Of a stretch of DNA of 124,000 nt, positions 24,921 through 37,752 are shown piece after piece. The translations under genes were made by a program, and so were the position numbers. This DNA comes from Wallemia ichthyophaga EXF-994. Lineage: Eukaryota; Fungi; Basidiomycota. The notes under the pieces were generated by a model. It did no database searches. It had not been told where the DNA came from and was given only the letters and a program-made list of their open reading frames with translations. The stretch lies in NCBI RefSeq assembly GCF_000400465.1, contig NW_008806276.1, positions 20,001 to 144,000 on the forward strand, read 5' to 3'. Each line of letters opens with the position of its first letter. The first letter of the stretch is position 1.

Positions 24921-25014
24921 TGCGATTATATTTATTTTATTACCCTTGTCCATTGTCCATTGTACCTGTACTATCTACACGCTCTTTATTCAGTTCCACC
25001 AACTCAACTGAATT

Positions 25015-25952
25015 ATGTCATTTTTCAAATCCGTCGGCGACAACGCCAAGAAGTTTTCCAGCCAGGGATTCGATATGGCTAAATCTGGCGCTAATTCTGC
25101 TTCCTCTTTCGCAGGCGATATCGCTAAACGACCTGAACTTGATTTCAGTCTGCCGAGGGAATGCGACAAAGCGGCAGAAATCCTTCAGTCTTTTCTAGCT
25201 AATCCGGATGACCCACTAAGTGCACTGAACAGCATTCCCAAAGCTGTACTCGAGCGTGCTAGCGGTTTGGCCGTGTTCAGGATAATCAAGGCGGGTTTTT
25301 TAGTAACGGGCCGCGCAGGTAGCGGTATAGTTATTGCTCGACTAGATGACGGTACTTGGTCAGCGCCCTCGTGTATAGCTACCGGTGTGAGTTGGCTTGT
25401 TTGTTGGCGTGGTTTACACCGTCCACACCCACACCGCACTCACACCCTACACAGGGCGTCGGCTGGGGTTTGGCAGTCGGTGCGGACATTACAGATTTCG
25501 TTGTTGTCCTCAACTCGAAAGACGCAGTTGACGCATTCACTTTGGCTGGCAATCTCACTATAGGAGGTAACATATCAGCGTCGGCTGGTCCTTTGGGTAC
25601 TGGCGGGGGAGTGCAAGCTGCGTTATCCGACCCCTCACCTCTATTCTCGTACTCCAAGTCGCGCGGCCTCTTCGCAGGCGTCAGTCTCGAAGGTACTGCT
25701 ATCATGGAGCGGAGAGATACAAACAGTGCTTTCTACGGCACTTCTATCCCCGCTAAAGACATTCTCGGCGGTCGTATACCCCCTCCCCAAATTGGTGAGA
25801 AGATGTACACCGTTATCGAGAACGCGGAGGACGTCGACGAATCGTCTGTGCCTTCTCGAACTCATGTTCCCCCTCCGCCACCCGGTAACTCCTCACAATC
25901 ACCTGCAACGTCTAGAGGACAGACCCTTTTCGACGCTGAAGGTAGATCTTGA
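25015..25952 (+). CDS. SYLF/Ysc84 actin- and lipid-binding domain protein without SH3
   Basis: IPKAVLERASGLAVFRIIKAGFLVTGRAGSGIVIARL..WSAPS, GLAVGADITDFVVVLN, YSKSRGLFAGVSLEG. One intron. Confidence 0.88.
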
Positions 25953-26239
25953 TGGCGTGAGCTGAGATGTGCGCCAGAATATGCAAGGAGGAGAGACGGG
26001 TAGATTTGGAACTTTTATAGCACACTGAGCACTCTGAACAATTTTTACATCATTTGATTCATCTGATTTACGTGTACGACTTGATTCATTCAACTTGATC
26101 TCTATCTACGTGAGATATCTTCTAAATCATCGTCATGTTTTGTGATTTGTTGTGAAGTATGATGTCATGTAGTGTTTGATTACAACGAGTGAGAGAAAGT
26201 AAGAAAGGAGAAAGTCGTCAAGTGAGATGTGTCGTTAGC

Positions 26240-27265
26240 CTATTTATAATCATAGAACCCTTTCCCAGATTTCCTGCCAAAGTTTCCAGCCTGTACGAGT
26301 TCATCGAGGAGAGGGATATCCTTGACAATATCCTTGTCAATGCCAGTAAGCTCGCCTTGCTCTGAATATGCTTTTTCTTTCCAGCCTTCGAGAATATGTT
26401 TAAGAGTGTCCAAGCCTATAAAATCACAAAGTTGGAAAGGGCCCATGGGATGGCCAGCGCCGAGCATCATTGCAGTGTCGACATCTTGCACCGACGCGTC
26501 ACCTCTCTCGACCAAGCGAATAGATTCAGCGAGGTAAGGCACGAGGAGGCGATTAACGATGAAACCCGGGGTATCGGCACAAGCGACGGATTTCTTGCCG
26601 AGTTGGGTGATGAAAGTGTTGAGGCGATCCTTTGTGTCTTGGTTTGTGAAAGGGGTGGAAATCACTTCAACCAAAGCCATTTGAGGGACAGGATTGAAGA
26701 AGTGTAAACCAGCAAAAGATTTCTTACGTGATTCACCAACTAAAGCTGAAATTTCAGAAACGGAGAGAGACGAAGTGTTAGTAGCGAAGATGGTGTTAGG
26801 ACTTGCAAGCTTATCGATGGCAGCGAATAGATCTTGCTTAATGCGAAGATTTTCAATGATTGCCTGGAATTGTTAGTGAATAGACAAAGTCATGGATATC
26901 CAAAAACCCACCTCAATGACGATATCAGATTGAGATACGGCGATTGAAGGGTCAGTGGTTAGATTGAGGTTTGTGAGAGTGTTTTCAATGTAATCTTCCT
27001 GTTGCTGAACGCTCTCGGCAAATCTCTTCTTAGCAACACGTGCAAGGCCTTTCTTAACGATAGCATGACCGTTATCGATAGCTTGATTAGAGACATCAGC
27101 TAAAGTAACTGAATGACCAGACATTGCACTGGATTGAGCTATTCCAGCTCCCATTAAACCCGCACCGAATATTGTAACTTTAGTGTGTGATATTGGTGTT
27201 GTATGGAGTGTGCGTAGGTGGCTGGTTAAACCAATTAATCTACGTGAAGCAGATGATTGTAACAT
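26240..27265 (-). CDS. Mitochondrial 3-hydroxyacyl-CoA dehydrogenase
   Basis: Presequence, GAGLMGAGIAQ (Rossmann), DIVIE/AIIEN, FATNTSSL, GLHFFNP, DTPGFIVNRLL, GHPMGPFQLCDFIGLD. Confidence 0.92.
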
Positions 27266-27399
27266 TTTTAAATTTAATTAGTTATATCTTTGTTGTTTCT
27301 GTGTGTAGGTTGGGTGTGTTGGGTGCACTCTTACAACCATCATCATCACCTGCGTCATTTGAAATTATTTGTTTAATCAGTTAATCAGTCAATCTGATA

Positions 27400-30088
27400 A
27401 TGAATCAAGATGGTAATGATCCCGATAACCCAGATATCTCAAAACAACCTCCCATTGGTTCAAGAGCAGCGCGTGAACAGCACCAAGAACAACGCGTACG
27501 ACAGCGAGGGTGGGTGAATAATGACACGAAAAACACAACTAAGATCATTTCACAGTGGTCAAGTATACAGATCAGGTCCATTACAGCTAAATATCCCAAG
27601 GAAACCACCAGCACCACAACAACCCCGTCAATCCGGTGAAAGAGAGCGTCTACCCGTTCCATCACCATTCAATAACCCTCCAATGCGTACAACCGCTATG
27701 ACTAACCTCTTTCGTCACTCTCTATCTCGTTCTCGCAGTCCTATACCACAACAACAACAATCTCCTTCTCCTCTTTTTGCCAATGTTAGAAGCAGTAGCC
27801 AGAGGAGTTACACGAGCAATAGACCTGAAAACTTCCAAACACAGGCCACTCTCATCGATTCAGATAACGGTATTAACGGTAGTAGTCCAAACAGCAATCA
27901 CAGCAATCAGGGTCGAGCTGGTAGTCCGCAAAGCAGCTTCTCCAGTGGCAGAAGCAGCTTATCCAATAACAGGAGCAGCTCGAGTGAAGAAGAGAGAAGG
28001 CGGAGGATGCAGAGTGAGAGAAGTGCGGGCAGTGAAAAAAGTGCACTCAGCACCCTCGATAGAACAACCCAAACCAGCGAATTTCCTAGAGATAGACTCA
28101 CTGATATTGACTCAGTCAATCAGAAAGTAGACGGGCATGATAGAGACATACTCTTCGGAAATAACCCTCTCTTCAACGATATTGATAGCACTCCACTCGA
28201 TGACGGTGATATGTCAGCAGATAAGAGCATCCTTAGTGACAGAGAGAAGCGCATGTCCACCCAACTCATACAGAGCAGTCGCGCTACCCCTCCTCCATCC
28301 AACAAGCGCGAAAAGGGCAAAGGAAGAGTGAGAGGGGAGAGAAAGAAGGAGACGAATATGGATCCAGAAAGGGAGAAGGATATAGAGAAAGAAACAGAAA
28401 AGGAGAATAGCACTGTGGATAAAGCCCACCCCTCTACAGAGCCCACCGAGGACTTTGACAGCCTGGTCGCACCTACACCCCAACAAGCCCCCGCTTCAAT
28501 TAAAAAGAGAGCCCGTAAATCTGATACCAACGAGGTTAAGGAAAGAAAAAAGGCGCGTAAATCTGACAATAAAGAGGCAAAGAAAGCACGCAAGTCTGAA
28601 AACAAATCCAAGAAAATGCGTAAATCACGTGTGACAGAGGATGTAGATGTTAAAGCTGAAACTGATCAATCCCAGCAAGCCCAACAAACCCAGCCATCAA
28701 AGAAGAAGGAGGAGAAAAAAGAGAAGAAAAATAAGAAGGATAAGGCTGCAAGAGAATCCGATAGTCGTCAGGTTAGACGCAGGAGGGGTGGTGTCCAGGA
28801 GGTAAGATCTGATGAAGAAGACGAGACCAGGCCTAGAAAAAGCGAAAGCACAGTTTTCAAAGTACCAGAGTTACCAGCGAAACCAGTCAAACGTAAAAGA
28901 AAGTCAGCGATACGACATGCGTACAGAGATGGCAAAACACAAGCTGATGTGGATAGAGAAGATGCAGCAGCAGCAAAGGCAGCTAAAAACCTAGCGAGGA
29001 AGCGTAAGAAGGACAGACGAATTGATGACGAAGAGATGCATCTTTTCCACACAATCTCTCTATCAGACCAAACGACGATGAATCCATTCGCTCAAGATAT
29101 CGACAAAAAACATGAGGCTGTTGCTAGCAGGGCAATAGCGAAATCTCAACGACAAATAAACGAGATTGATGTGTTTTGGAATTTGCTCGTCAACGAGGTT
29201 GATGATGTAATTGATCAAACTGAGTCACGCACACTTTTGCACGATATCAGACATTTCAATGCACTCCTTGAGAAGGAGTTTACCGAGAAGGTGGGCAGAG
29301 GTCTTCTTGGTGTAATCACCTTTTTCACCTAACAATCCCCGCAGACGGTATGGTTTGAGTATTGCGTCGCTCTCAATGCTCGTTTGGCAACTGCTAAAGC
29401 GCAACAGAAGGATATGCGCAAACGGATCCTTGAGACCCAGAAGTCAATTGCACAAGTATCCAAGCAGATGGCTGGGGTGCAGCAGGATTGGACAGAGAGC
29501 AAGCTACATAGAGAAGAAATGAGCAAGTTGAATTTGTGGATGAATGATGTCCAGTCTCGCAGAATACCACTCGTGGCTGGAGAAGAGATGGATATCGACA
29601 AGAAGGCCAATGTGCAGCTTAAGCAAGAGGTGTCAGATATCTACTCAAGTATTGAGCTCATCCGAACAGTATACTCAGAGGATCCTGATAGCTTCGCTGG
29701 GAATGTACAGCGGTTTGGAAATACCCAAGATAACGCTGGGAAATGCAGGATGTATGGTGTCTTTGATGATGATGGGGAGACTCTACCGGCGGACGAGGAC
29801 TACGAAGACATAATTTATGAGATGGAGTGGGATAGCGCGGGTATTGTGGGAGATGGCAACATTGCAGCCGCGGAAAATGATCTAGATGAAGAGCAATCCA
29901 GCGACGAGGAGAGTATAGGCAGTGTTTCAAGCGAAGATGTCAGCATTGATAGTGATAGCGTGTTCGTGAGCGATGTAGGCGATGTGAGCGACGAAGAAAG
30001 CTCAAGGCAGGTTGATGACGATAGTAGAGTTGCTGCGACGACGGATAGCCCGAATTCGTCACCGTCGTCAGGACACAAAGATATCTAA
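27400..30088 (+). CDS. Basic low-complexity nuclear protein with C-terminal coiled coil; candidate CENP-U/Ame1 kinetochore protein
   Basis: Three exons (introns 27510-27555 and ~29291-29344). K/R-rich middle region. INEIDVFWNLL..LNARLATAKAQQKDMRKRILETQKSIAQVSKQM resembles fungal CENP-U domains (by eye). Confidence 0.55.
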
Positions 30089-30379
30089 TACGTGAATGTA
30101 ATTTATAGTTTTATTTGCAGCATATTTTATAGCCAAAGACATAGCCATGGGTTAGATGGCCAGCTTATACAGAAGATATAAGGAGAGAAATTAGGGATTT
30201 AAATACCCACACACTCACTCACACCCACTCAAATCGCCGTTAATTATCAAATAATTTTTTACCTGAGAATCGACTTGTGAAAAATCCTCCTGAGATGCTC
30301 GCCTAGCAACGCTCACGTCCAGGTAAATTTGAAAAAAACGAGAAAAGGGATAAATATTGATATACGCACGCAGGACAGA

Positions 30380-30882
30380 ATGCCAGCCAAGAACGTCACA
30401 CAAACCACCAACAAGGCCTTGTCAGCTCGCAAGCACACGCTCAAGGGTGGTCAAACCAACAAGAGTCGTAAGATCCGCACTCAAGTGCACTTCTACAAGC
30501 CAAAGACGTGAGTAGTGCGGGTATAGAGTTTGCGGGCTGTTTGCTCACCTAGATTCCTCGCAGTCTCCGTCTTCCAAGAGACCCAAAGTACCCACGTAAA
30601 TCAATTCCTTCTCGTGGCCAACTCGACCAATATCAAGTTATCCAGCTCCCAGTCAACACTGAGGCAGCTATGAAGAAGGTCGAGGATGACAACACTTTGG
30701 TCTTCACCGTCGACAGAAGAGCTAACAAGCGTCAAATCAAGGACGCTGTTAAGAAGTTATACGACGTTGACGCGGCAAAGATCAACACTCTCATTCGTCC
30801 TGATGCATCAAAGAAGGCTTTCATTAGACTCACTCCAGACCACGACGCCCTTGACGTTGCCAACCGTATTGGTTTGCTTTAG
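30380..30882 (+). CDS. RPL25: 60S ribosomal protein uL23 (L25/L23a)
   Basis: [13 protein letters not shown][19 protein letters not shown]..[31 protein letters not shown]. Confidence 0.96.
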
Positions 30883-30942
30883 ATGGCTCTGGTTGTTTGT
30901 TTAACTAAAAGGCTTTTTGTTCATGCACGTGAATTAACATAT

Positions 30943-31726
30943 TTAATCTTGTCTCACTGGTATTTGGTGGAGTAATCCGAATCCAACGCCGCCTGAAGTA
31001 TTTAGACCTATTCTGATAATAAACGCCAAACTCACATCCCAATAAACCTTCCCCTCCCCATTGCCTGTTGGGTACTAGAACTACCTCACGCAGAGTATCG
31101 AAATCGAATGAGTAGACATAAAGCCTTAAAGGTTTATCTGTGTGCTGGTGTACGTGTTAATCTGTATCCTTCAATATCACCTACTCCTCACCATTTCCAC
31201 CAAATCATAGAAATCATTTTCTTGTCTGAGTACACCACCTGGCCATCCAATAACCCAATCACCGTATGGAACCAGACCAGCTGATTCTGCAGGACTTCCC
31301 GTGATAACTTCGAGTATATGCCAAACATTATCAAGTGCACTAGACATTGCCCTGTTTGCGTCACATGCTCTCAAAGTTAAACCGAGCAAACTGTCATCAA
31401 TTTCATTCCATTCTATTGAAGGGACTATCGATACGTCTGTTGAGCTTTAATGAGCCTGGAAATCCTCTAAATAACACCGCAAACCAACCTCTAAACGTCT
31501 GTCTCTTCGATGACCAGATTGTAATATTCACACGTCTATCCTTATGCTCCTGCACGATATCCTGCAAAGGTTTATCTGCCAATTCCTCTCCGTCGGCTGC
31601 CTCAGGCTTAGCGCACGTAATGAAATCGAAGAAAGGCTCAATTGATGCTTTAAACGCGGGTGAGTTACTCCTAACACGGACAACATGAAACCAAGTCTGT
31701 TCAATTGAGCTCGATTGATTTCCCAT
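30943..31726 (-). CDS. GRH1: GRASP55/65 family protein, PDZ tandem only
   Basis: MGNQSS (myristoylation-type start), [75 protein letters not shown]. Confidence 0.9.
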
Positions 31727-31781
31727 CGTTTTTTTATTCAATTCCTTGGTCGTTTCCTCTCAAGTGGACACAATCACAGCC

Positions 31782-34703
31782 ATGGCCACGCGTGCTAATC
31801 CACTAAAGAACAATGCCTCTAAATTCGCTTTCTTAACAATGCATCCTCCGCCTGGCTACGTTGCTGGATTGGGTAGAGGTGCTTCTGGTTTCACTACTAG
31901 ATCAGATATTGGCCCTGCAAGAGAAGCTGGCTCTATGGAAGATCCCGCTTCAGATTTACACTCAAATGCAAATTCAAAAGAAATTGAACCCGAGCAATTC
32001 CAGGATCCTGAGAATGAGACAGGTTTATTTGCAGGCACAGTTTATGACAGGGATGATGAGGAGGCTGATAAGATATACGATATGATCGACGATAAAATGG
32101 ATGAGAGGAGACGCGCAAAGAGGGAAGCCGCTGAGAAGAAATCTCAGGAAGCTCATTTAGCAGCTAACCCTAAAATCCAAACTCAGTTCTCCGATCTTAA
32201 ACGCTCTTTGGCTCACGTTAGCGAGGAAGAATGGGGCGCCCTCCCTGAAGCTGGTTCCCTTACCGGTAAACGTCGCAAGAACAACACTCGCAACGATGGT
32301 AAAAGTTATGTTGTTCCTGATAGCGTTCTCGCTGGTGCAAGAGAGAAAAACGAATTGAGCAGCTCAGTGGATGATGACGCTGGTGTTGCAACTCCCGCTT
32401 CCTCCGGAAATACCACAGATTTTCGTGAAATTGGTCAAGCTAGAGATAAATCCTTGTCTTTGCGTCTCGATCAATTGAGTGGTGCGAGTGGGAGTGGCAG
32501 TGCGAGTACTAGCGCTGGTACCCCCAGTAGTACTCAATCTAGCAATGATAGCTCCACCTTCACCCCTTCAACCTCAAACGCCACAGGGACATCAACCTCG
32601 GTTGATCCTAAAGGCTATCTATCCGGTTTGAACTCTGTTCAACTTAAATCAGACGCCGAGATTGGCGATATCAAAAAGGCAAGAGCTCTACTCGAGAGCG
32701 TCATAAAAACCAACCCAAAGCACGCCCCAGGTTGGATTGCTGCGGGTAGAGTTGAAGAAGTTGCCGGTAGACAAGCTGTAGCGAGAAAGGTCATTGCAGC
32801 TGGCTGTGACAACTGTCCGAAATCTGAAGATGTTTGGTTGGAAGCTGCACGTCTTAATATACCACAAGACGCAAAAGTCATCCTTGCCAACGCCATCAGT
32901 CACCTACCACAGTCAGTAAAGATATGGCTTAAAGCAGTCGATCTAGAGAACGATCCTAAATCTAAACGTAGAGTTTTGAGAAAGGCTATTGAGTATATAC
33001 CGAACAGTGTCAGGTTGTGGAAAGAAGCTGTAAATATGGAAGACGATCCACAGGATGCTCTCATCTTACTAGCACGCGCAACTGAGTTGATTCCATCATC
33101 AGTCGAGCTCTGGCTGGCGTTAGCTAGATTAGAGACACCAGAAAACGCCAAGAAAATTATCAACAAAGCACGCAAAACTATACCAACATCACATGAGATA
33201 TGGATAGCTGCTGCAAGACTACAAGAGCAAGTTGGAGCATCGAGCAATGATATTGATAAGCTGGTGAACAACGGTGTTGGATCTTTGAGATCATCAGGTG
33301 CTCTCTTATCGCGTGAACAATGGTTGAAAGAGGCTGAGAGAGTTGAGCAAGAAGGATCTCCGCTCACATGCGCAGCTATCGTAAAGGCTACTATTCATCA
33401 TGAGATTGAGGATGAAGATAAATATGCCGTTTGGATGGACGATGCTGATTCGTTGGAGGATAGAGGATCGATCGAGACTGCAAGAGCTGTCATTGCATTC
33501 GCACTCAAGGTCTTCCCTGAGCGCTCTAAGCTTTGGAGGCGAGCTGCTGAGCTAGAAAAGCAGCATGGGAATAGGTGGGTATCTCGTGTTGACTCAATCG
33601 CCAGGCTAACGAAGCATAACAGAAACACCCTCACAGATATACTCAAAACAGCTACACAAAATTGTCCGAAGGCAGAAGTACTCTGGTTGATGCTTGCGAA
33701 GGAACACTGGCTTGGTGGAGATGTGGACTCTGCTCGACAAGTCCTAGGTGATGCCTTCAACGCTAATCCATCCTCTGAAGCAGTCTGGCTAGCTGCTGTC
33801 AAGTTGGAAGCTGAAAATAACGAAATTAAGAATGCGAGAATGTTGCTCAATAAAGCAAGACTACAATCTTCCACTGAAAGGATATGGATGAAGTCTGCAG
33901 TCTTTGAACGACAGCATGGCAATAGCATCGAAGCATTGAAATGTGTAAATGAGGCACTCACAAAGTTTCCCACGTTTGACAAACTCTACATGATCAAAGT
34001 TGGTTTACTCGATGGTAATGTTGACGGCGGTGGTGATGATAATGGTAGTAGAAGCAACAACAAAGAGATAAGAGACACATTCGCAGCAGCGCTTAAGAAA
34101 TGTCCTCAATCACCCACACTATGGATACTGTCTTCACGATTCGAAGAAAAGATGGGCGTTATTATCAGATCGCGCGCACTGTTAGAGAAGGGTCGTCTCA
34201 TCAACAAAAACTGCGACATACTATGGGCAGAAGCTATTAGAGTGGAGGAGAGAGCGAATGCAGGAAATCAAGCAAAAGGATTACTCTCAAAGGCACTCCA
34301 AGAGTGCCAAACTTCCGGTCTATTGTGGTCTATTGCTATTTGGATGGAACCTCGACCATCTCGAAAGACAAAATCAGTTGATGCGTTACGTAAAGTGACA
34401 GATGATCCAACTATAATTGTCACAGTCGCTCGTATGCTTTGGATGGAAGGTAAGAAAGACAAGGCTAGGTCGTGGTTGAGTAAATCATGTAAAGCTGATC
34501 CAGACAATGGTGATCATTGGGCATGGTGGTATAAGTTTGAGCTACAAGATGGCACACAAGAAAATGCACAGAATGTACTGGAATCTGCTAAGCAAGCTGA
34601 ACCACATCATGGTGAAATTTGGCAGTCCGTAATTAAAGACGATGCTAATATCGGTAAAGCGTATAATGTACTAATTAAGCAAACGGCAAGCAAATTATCT
34701 TAA
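31782..34703 (+). CDS. PRP6: U4/U6.U5 tri-snRNP splicing factor Prp6 (HAT repeats)
   Basis: PPPGYVAGLGRGASGFTTRSDIGPARE, DIKKARALLESV, NPKHAPGWIAA, AEPHHGEIWQSV. Contains an in-frame intron at 33575-33622. Confidence 0.96.
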   Translation: MATRANPLKNNASKFAFLTMHPPPGYVAGLGRGASGFTTRSDIGPAREAGSMEDPASDLHSNANSKEIEPEQFQDPENETGLFAGTVYDRDDEEADKIYDMIDDKMDERRRAKREAAEKKSQEAHLAANPKIQTQFSDLKRSLAHVSEEEWGALPEAGSLTGKRRKNNTRNDGKSYVVPDSVLAGAREKNELSSSVDDDAGVATPASSGNTTDFREIGQARDKSLSLRLDQLSGASGSGSASTSAGTPSSTQSSNDSSTFTPSTSNATGTSTSVDPKGYLSGLNSVQLKSDAEIGDIKKARALLESVIKTNPKHAPGWIAAGRVEEVAGRQAVARKVIAAGCDNCPKSEDVWLEAARLNIPQDAKVILANAISHLPQSVKIWLKAVDLENDPKSKRRVLRKAIEYIPNSVRLWKEAVNMEDDPQDALILLARATELIPSSVELWLALARLETPENAKKIINKARKTIPTSHEIWIAAARLQEQVGASSNDIDKLVNNGVGSLRSSGALLSREQWLKEAERVEQEGSPLTCAAIVKATIHHEIEDEDKYAVWMDDADSLEDRGSIETARAVIAFALKVFPERSKLWRRAAELEKQHGNRWVSRVDSIARLTKHNRNTLTDILKTATQNCPKAEVLWLMLAKEHWLGGDVDSARQVLGDAFNANPSSEAVWLAAVKLEAENNEIKNARMLLNKARLQSSTERIWMKSAVFERQHGNSIEALKCVNEALTKFPTFDKLYMIKVGLLDGNVDGGGDDNGSRSNNKEIRDTFAAALKKCPQSPTLWILSSRFEEKMGVIIRSRALLEKGRLINKNCDILWAEAIRVEERANAGNQAKGLLSKALQECQTSGLLWSIAIWMEPRPSRKTKSVDALRKVTDDPTIIVTVARMLWMEGKKDKARSWLSKSCKADPDNGDHWAWWYKFELQDGTQENAQNVLESAKQAEPHHGEIWQSVIKDDANIGKAYNVLIKQTASKLS

Positions 34704-34817
34704 CAAGTTGATAAATTTGGTATACAATATTTAAAGTCAAGTGTTCAAATCAAAATTATTTATTTTCTTCAATGAGTAACTCATGTTACTCATGTTGCTC
34801 AATAGAAATAATTTATT

Positions 34818-37458
34818 TCAATTTCCGTTGGTGGATTGGTTAGCTTGTGTTTGCGTTGGGTGCGTTGGGGCTTGAGTTTGATTTTGTGCGTTGGCTGCCA
34901 CTTGAGCTTGAGCCTGTGCCTGAGCCTGAGCCTGCTGGTGTGCCAACAACTGCTGTCTCCAAAATGCAGCCAATTGAGGATTTGATGCCATCTGTTGAGC
35001 AGTTAAACCACCAGCGTTTGCTTGCTGTTGTTGTTGCAATTGATTTGGTTGTGGTTGTCTCACTTGCTGTTGTTGTTGTTGTTGTTGTTGTTGCTTCGCA
35101 AGCAGGGCTGCCAACATCTGTTGCTGACTCAATTGATTATTCGGTGCATTATTGTTGTTATTCTGACTTGCCATCAACTGCCTCATTTGATTGAGATGTT
35201 GTTGAGTTTTTGTCGACTGTAACAATGCATTCATTTGAGCTTGGGATGGTGGTTGGAGGGGATGTATTGGTTGCTGTGGTTGTTGATGTTGATGCTGTTG
35301 TTGTTGTTGCTGCTGGGCAAGCAACTGTTGAATTGCATTATACGTTGGGTTATTCGGAGGCAGCGAAGCGTTCCCATTCATTTGAGGAGTGGGGGGTTTA
35401 GGTGTAGATTGCGTGCTTTGCGTACTTTGCGCAGGTTGTTTAGACGCTCCCGTACCATTCATTGCTGAGTTGCTCTTCTGTAACGGCGTCGACTGCGCAT
35501 TCTGCTGAGAAGCTTTTCTTATCAAATGCTGAGCTACCTGTGGCTTTCCATTATTCTGTGCATTAGAAGCGTTCGAATTATTTCGCTGTAGCTGTTGCGC
35601 TTTGTTATTGGGATTAGGTCGAACGATTGTGTAATTTGGAAGTGGTGGTGGTGGTGCCAATGCTGCCTGCATCGCTGCATCAACGTGACTTGTAGGTGCC
35701 GTCAAATTATTGATATCATCTTCCGTGAGTAATGATGCACGATGTCGCATAAATCTGGGGTTTTTTATTATTATCACCTTTTCTTAGCACTCCTTACTTA
35801 CCTCTCATCGTAATCGTCTATCAACAGATTTTCACCTTTGTCACCAAATGTTGGTCCTAAGCCTTTGACATTCTTTGTATAAACCACATCCGCGTCATAC
35901 TTCTGCAACTCCCTCAACTTCCTCTCATCATCATCGAGGTTGCTGCTGTCATCATCGCCATAATCGATAAACGGATGGCGTCTGTCGAGTATTCTTCTAC
36001 CACCTCTTCCAATCCTCAACCTGAAAGTTCTTCTACCCATCTCACCATCGTCATCAATGTCATTAGGCAGTGCACGATAGAATTTAGAGCCAGGGAAATG
36101 GTTTGGTATAAGGGATGACTCTGTAAAGTCTTCCCACATTTGGTCTGCCTCTCGTTTAGCAAGTATATGTTTCTCGATGAGTGTAGCGATCGGTACAGAT
36201 GCTTTATCGTTATTAGTGTTGACAGAAGGCGAAGCGTTATTTCTCTTGTTGGGCAGCTTAGTCTCGACTTTAATTCTCTTTGGTTTGTGACCGGATAGCA
36301 ACTCATCATCAGCTTTTCCATCGTCAGGACCAACAACGCCAAGTTTCCTCTTGACGGTTCTAAAAGTATGTCGTAACTGTGATATACTTTTGTCCATATC
36401 AACAGCCTCAGCTTTCTTTTTCTCTCTATCGATAACCCTGACAACAAGCTGCTGAGCTGCGATGAGTTCTTTATGGAGCTTCTCCATTTTTTCAACCGAT
36501 TGTAGATCAGCCCTGCGTGTTTTGCGAACAGGCTTGACTTCTCTGCGTCTGAAACAAACATAAGGATCGCCATCATTGCTTTCGTCGTAGTTGAGCTGTG
36601 GGTGAATTGGTTTACCTTGCCGTCTGACTCGACGTGCACGCCAATGTTGATAGATAATCTGACCAAGCTTGACGAGGTTGTCAGGTGTAATTGTGAGCTT
36701 AAGAGGAGCAACGTTTGGGAAGTTGTCGAGGAGATCATGTTTCTTGAGATGTAATTGGAATTCTGAGAAGTCTGGGATTCTGGATAGGTCCTGCGTGGGT
36801 GTTAAAGAGGGATAAGGGTTTAAATTAGTGGAATAAAACGCACGGTATGGAGAGTAGGAGCAATGTCGTCAGTAACCTTCTCAAAAACACTCATAACCAA
36901 TTCAAAGAGATTGTCGTCGATGAGTATGTCATTGTTCTTCTTCTCATCCTTACTACTAGCGTCTGTGGAAGTACCCTCACCTTTGACCGCCTTATTATGC
37001 TCCTGGATGAACTTATAATCTCGTTCATCGATTGTATACACTAAACCACCCAATTGAGCTTCTTCGATTGTGTCGCTGTACTTGATATAGGACCAGGCGT
37101 CAGGGTACTGGTTCGGCTTGTATAGCTGATAGTAATTAGTGACTCTGCCTGTAGCATCCGGGGTTGGAATGATACCCAAAGAGTCATCTTGAGGGGTTGA
37201 AAGAGCATTTTCATCAACAGAATCAGCTTTATCATTATTGGAAGCAGATTGAGTAGTGTCATGTGAAGGCTTAGAACGAGCATTCCTCTTTTGAGACGCG
37301 TTTATCGCGTTTTGAAGGTGAGTCTCTTCAGCCTCAGCCGAGTCAACACCGGTGGTAGCCTTCGACTCATCATCAAAGGAATAAGATTCAGCGATAAATT
37401 GAGGTCTTTTAACGATTTGTAGCCTACTTCTGGCTGTAATTTTAAGTCTTCTGGACAT
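34818..37458 (-). CDS. EPL1: Enhancer of polycomb-like NuA4 subunit
   Basis: TTGVDSAEAEETHLQNAI, IPTPDA, YSDTIEE..YTIDERD, RLRIGRGGRRILDRR. Q-rich tail. Several introns. Confidence 0.88.
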
Positions 37459-37752
37459 GGTGATAAGTGATGTGCTGTCAGTGTGGCCAATAATAGAAAT
37501 CCACAAAGACGACTCGTATAATCTAATTTAGATTTAATTTAAATTATTATTTCTTGTTTTTTTACGCTGCTTTGTGGCATCCACTGACGCCGGAATCGGT
37601 CAAATTTGTTGAGCGTGAATTGTTAATTTAAAATTCGTAAAAACTAAAGGAGGAATAAGAAGATTAAATTTATTTATTAGAGTTCTATTTTGTTGTTAGT
37701 GTGTTTAGATATATATATAAATACCCTTAAAACCCACACAATAGAATCATCA

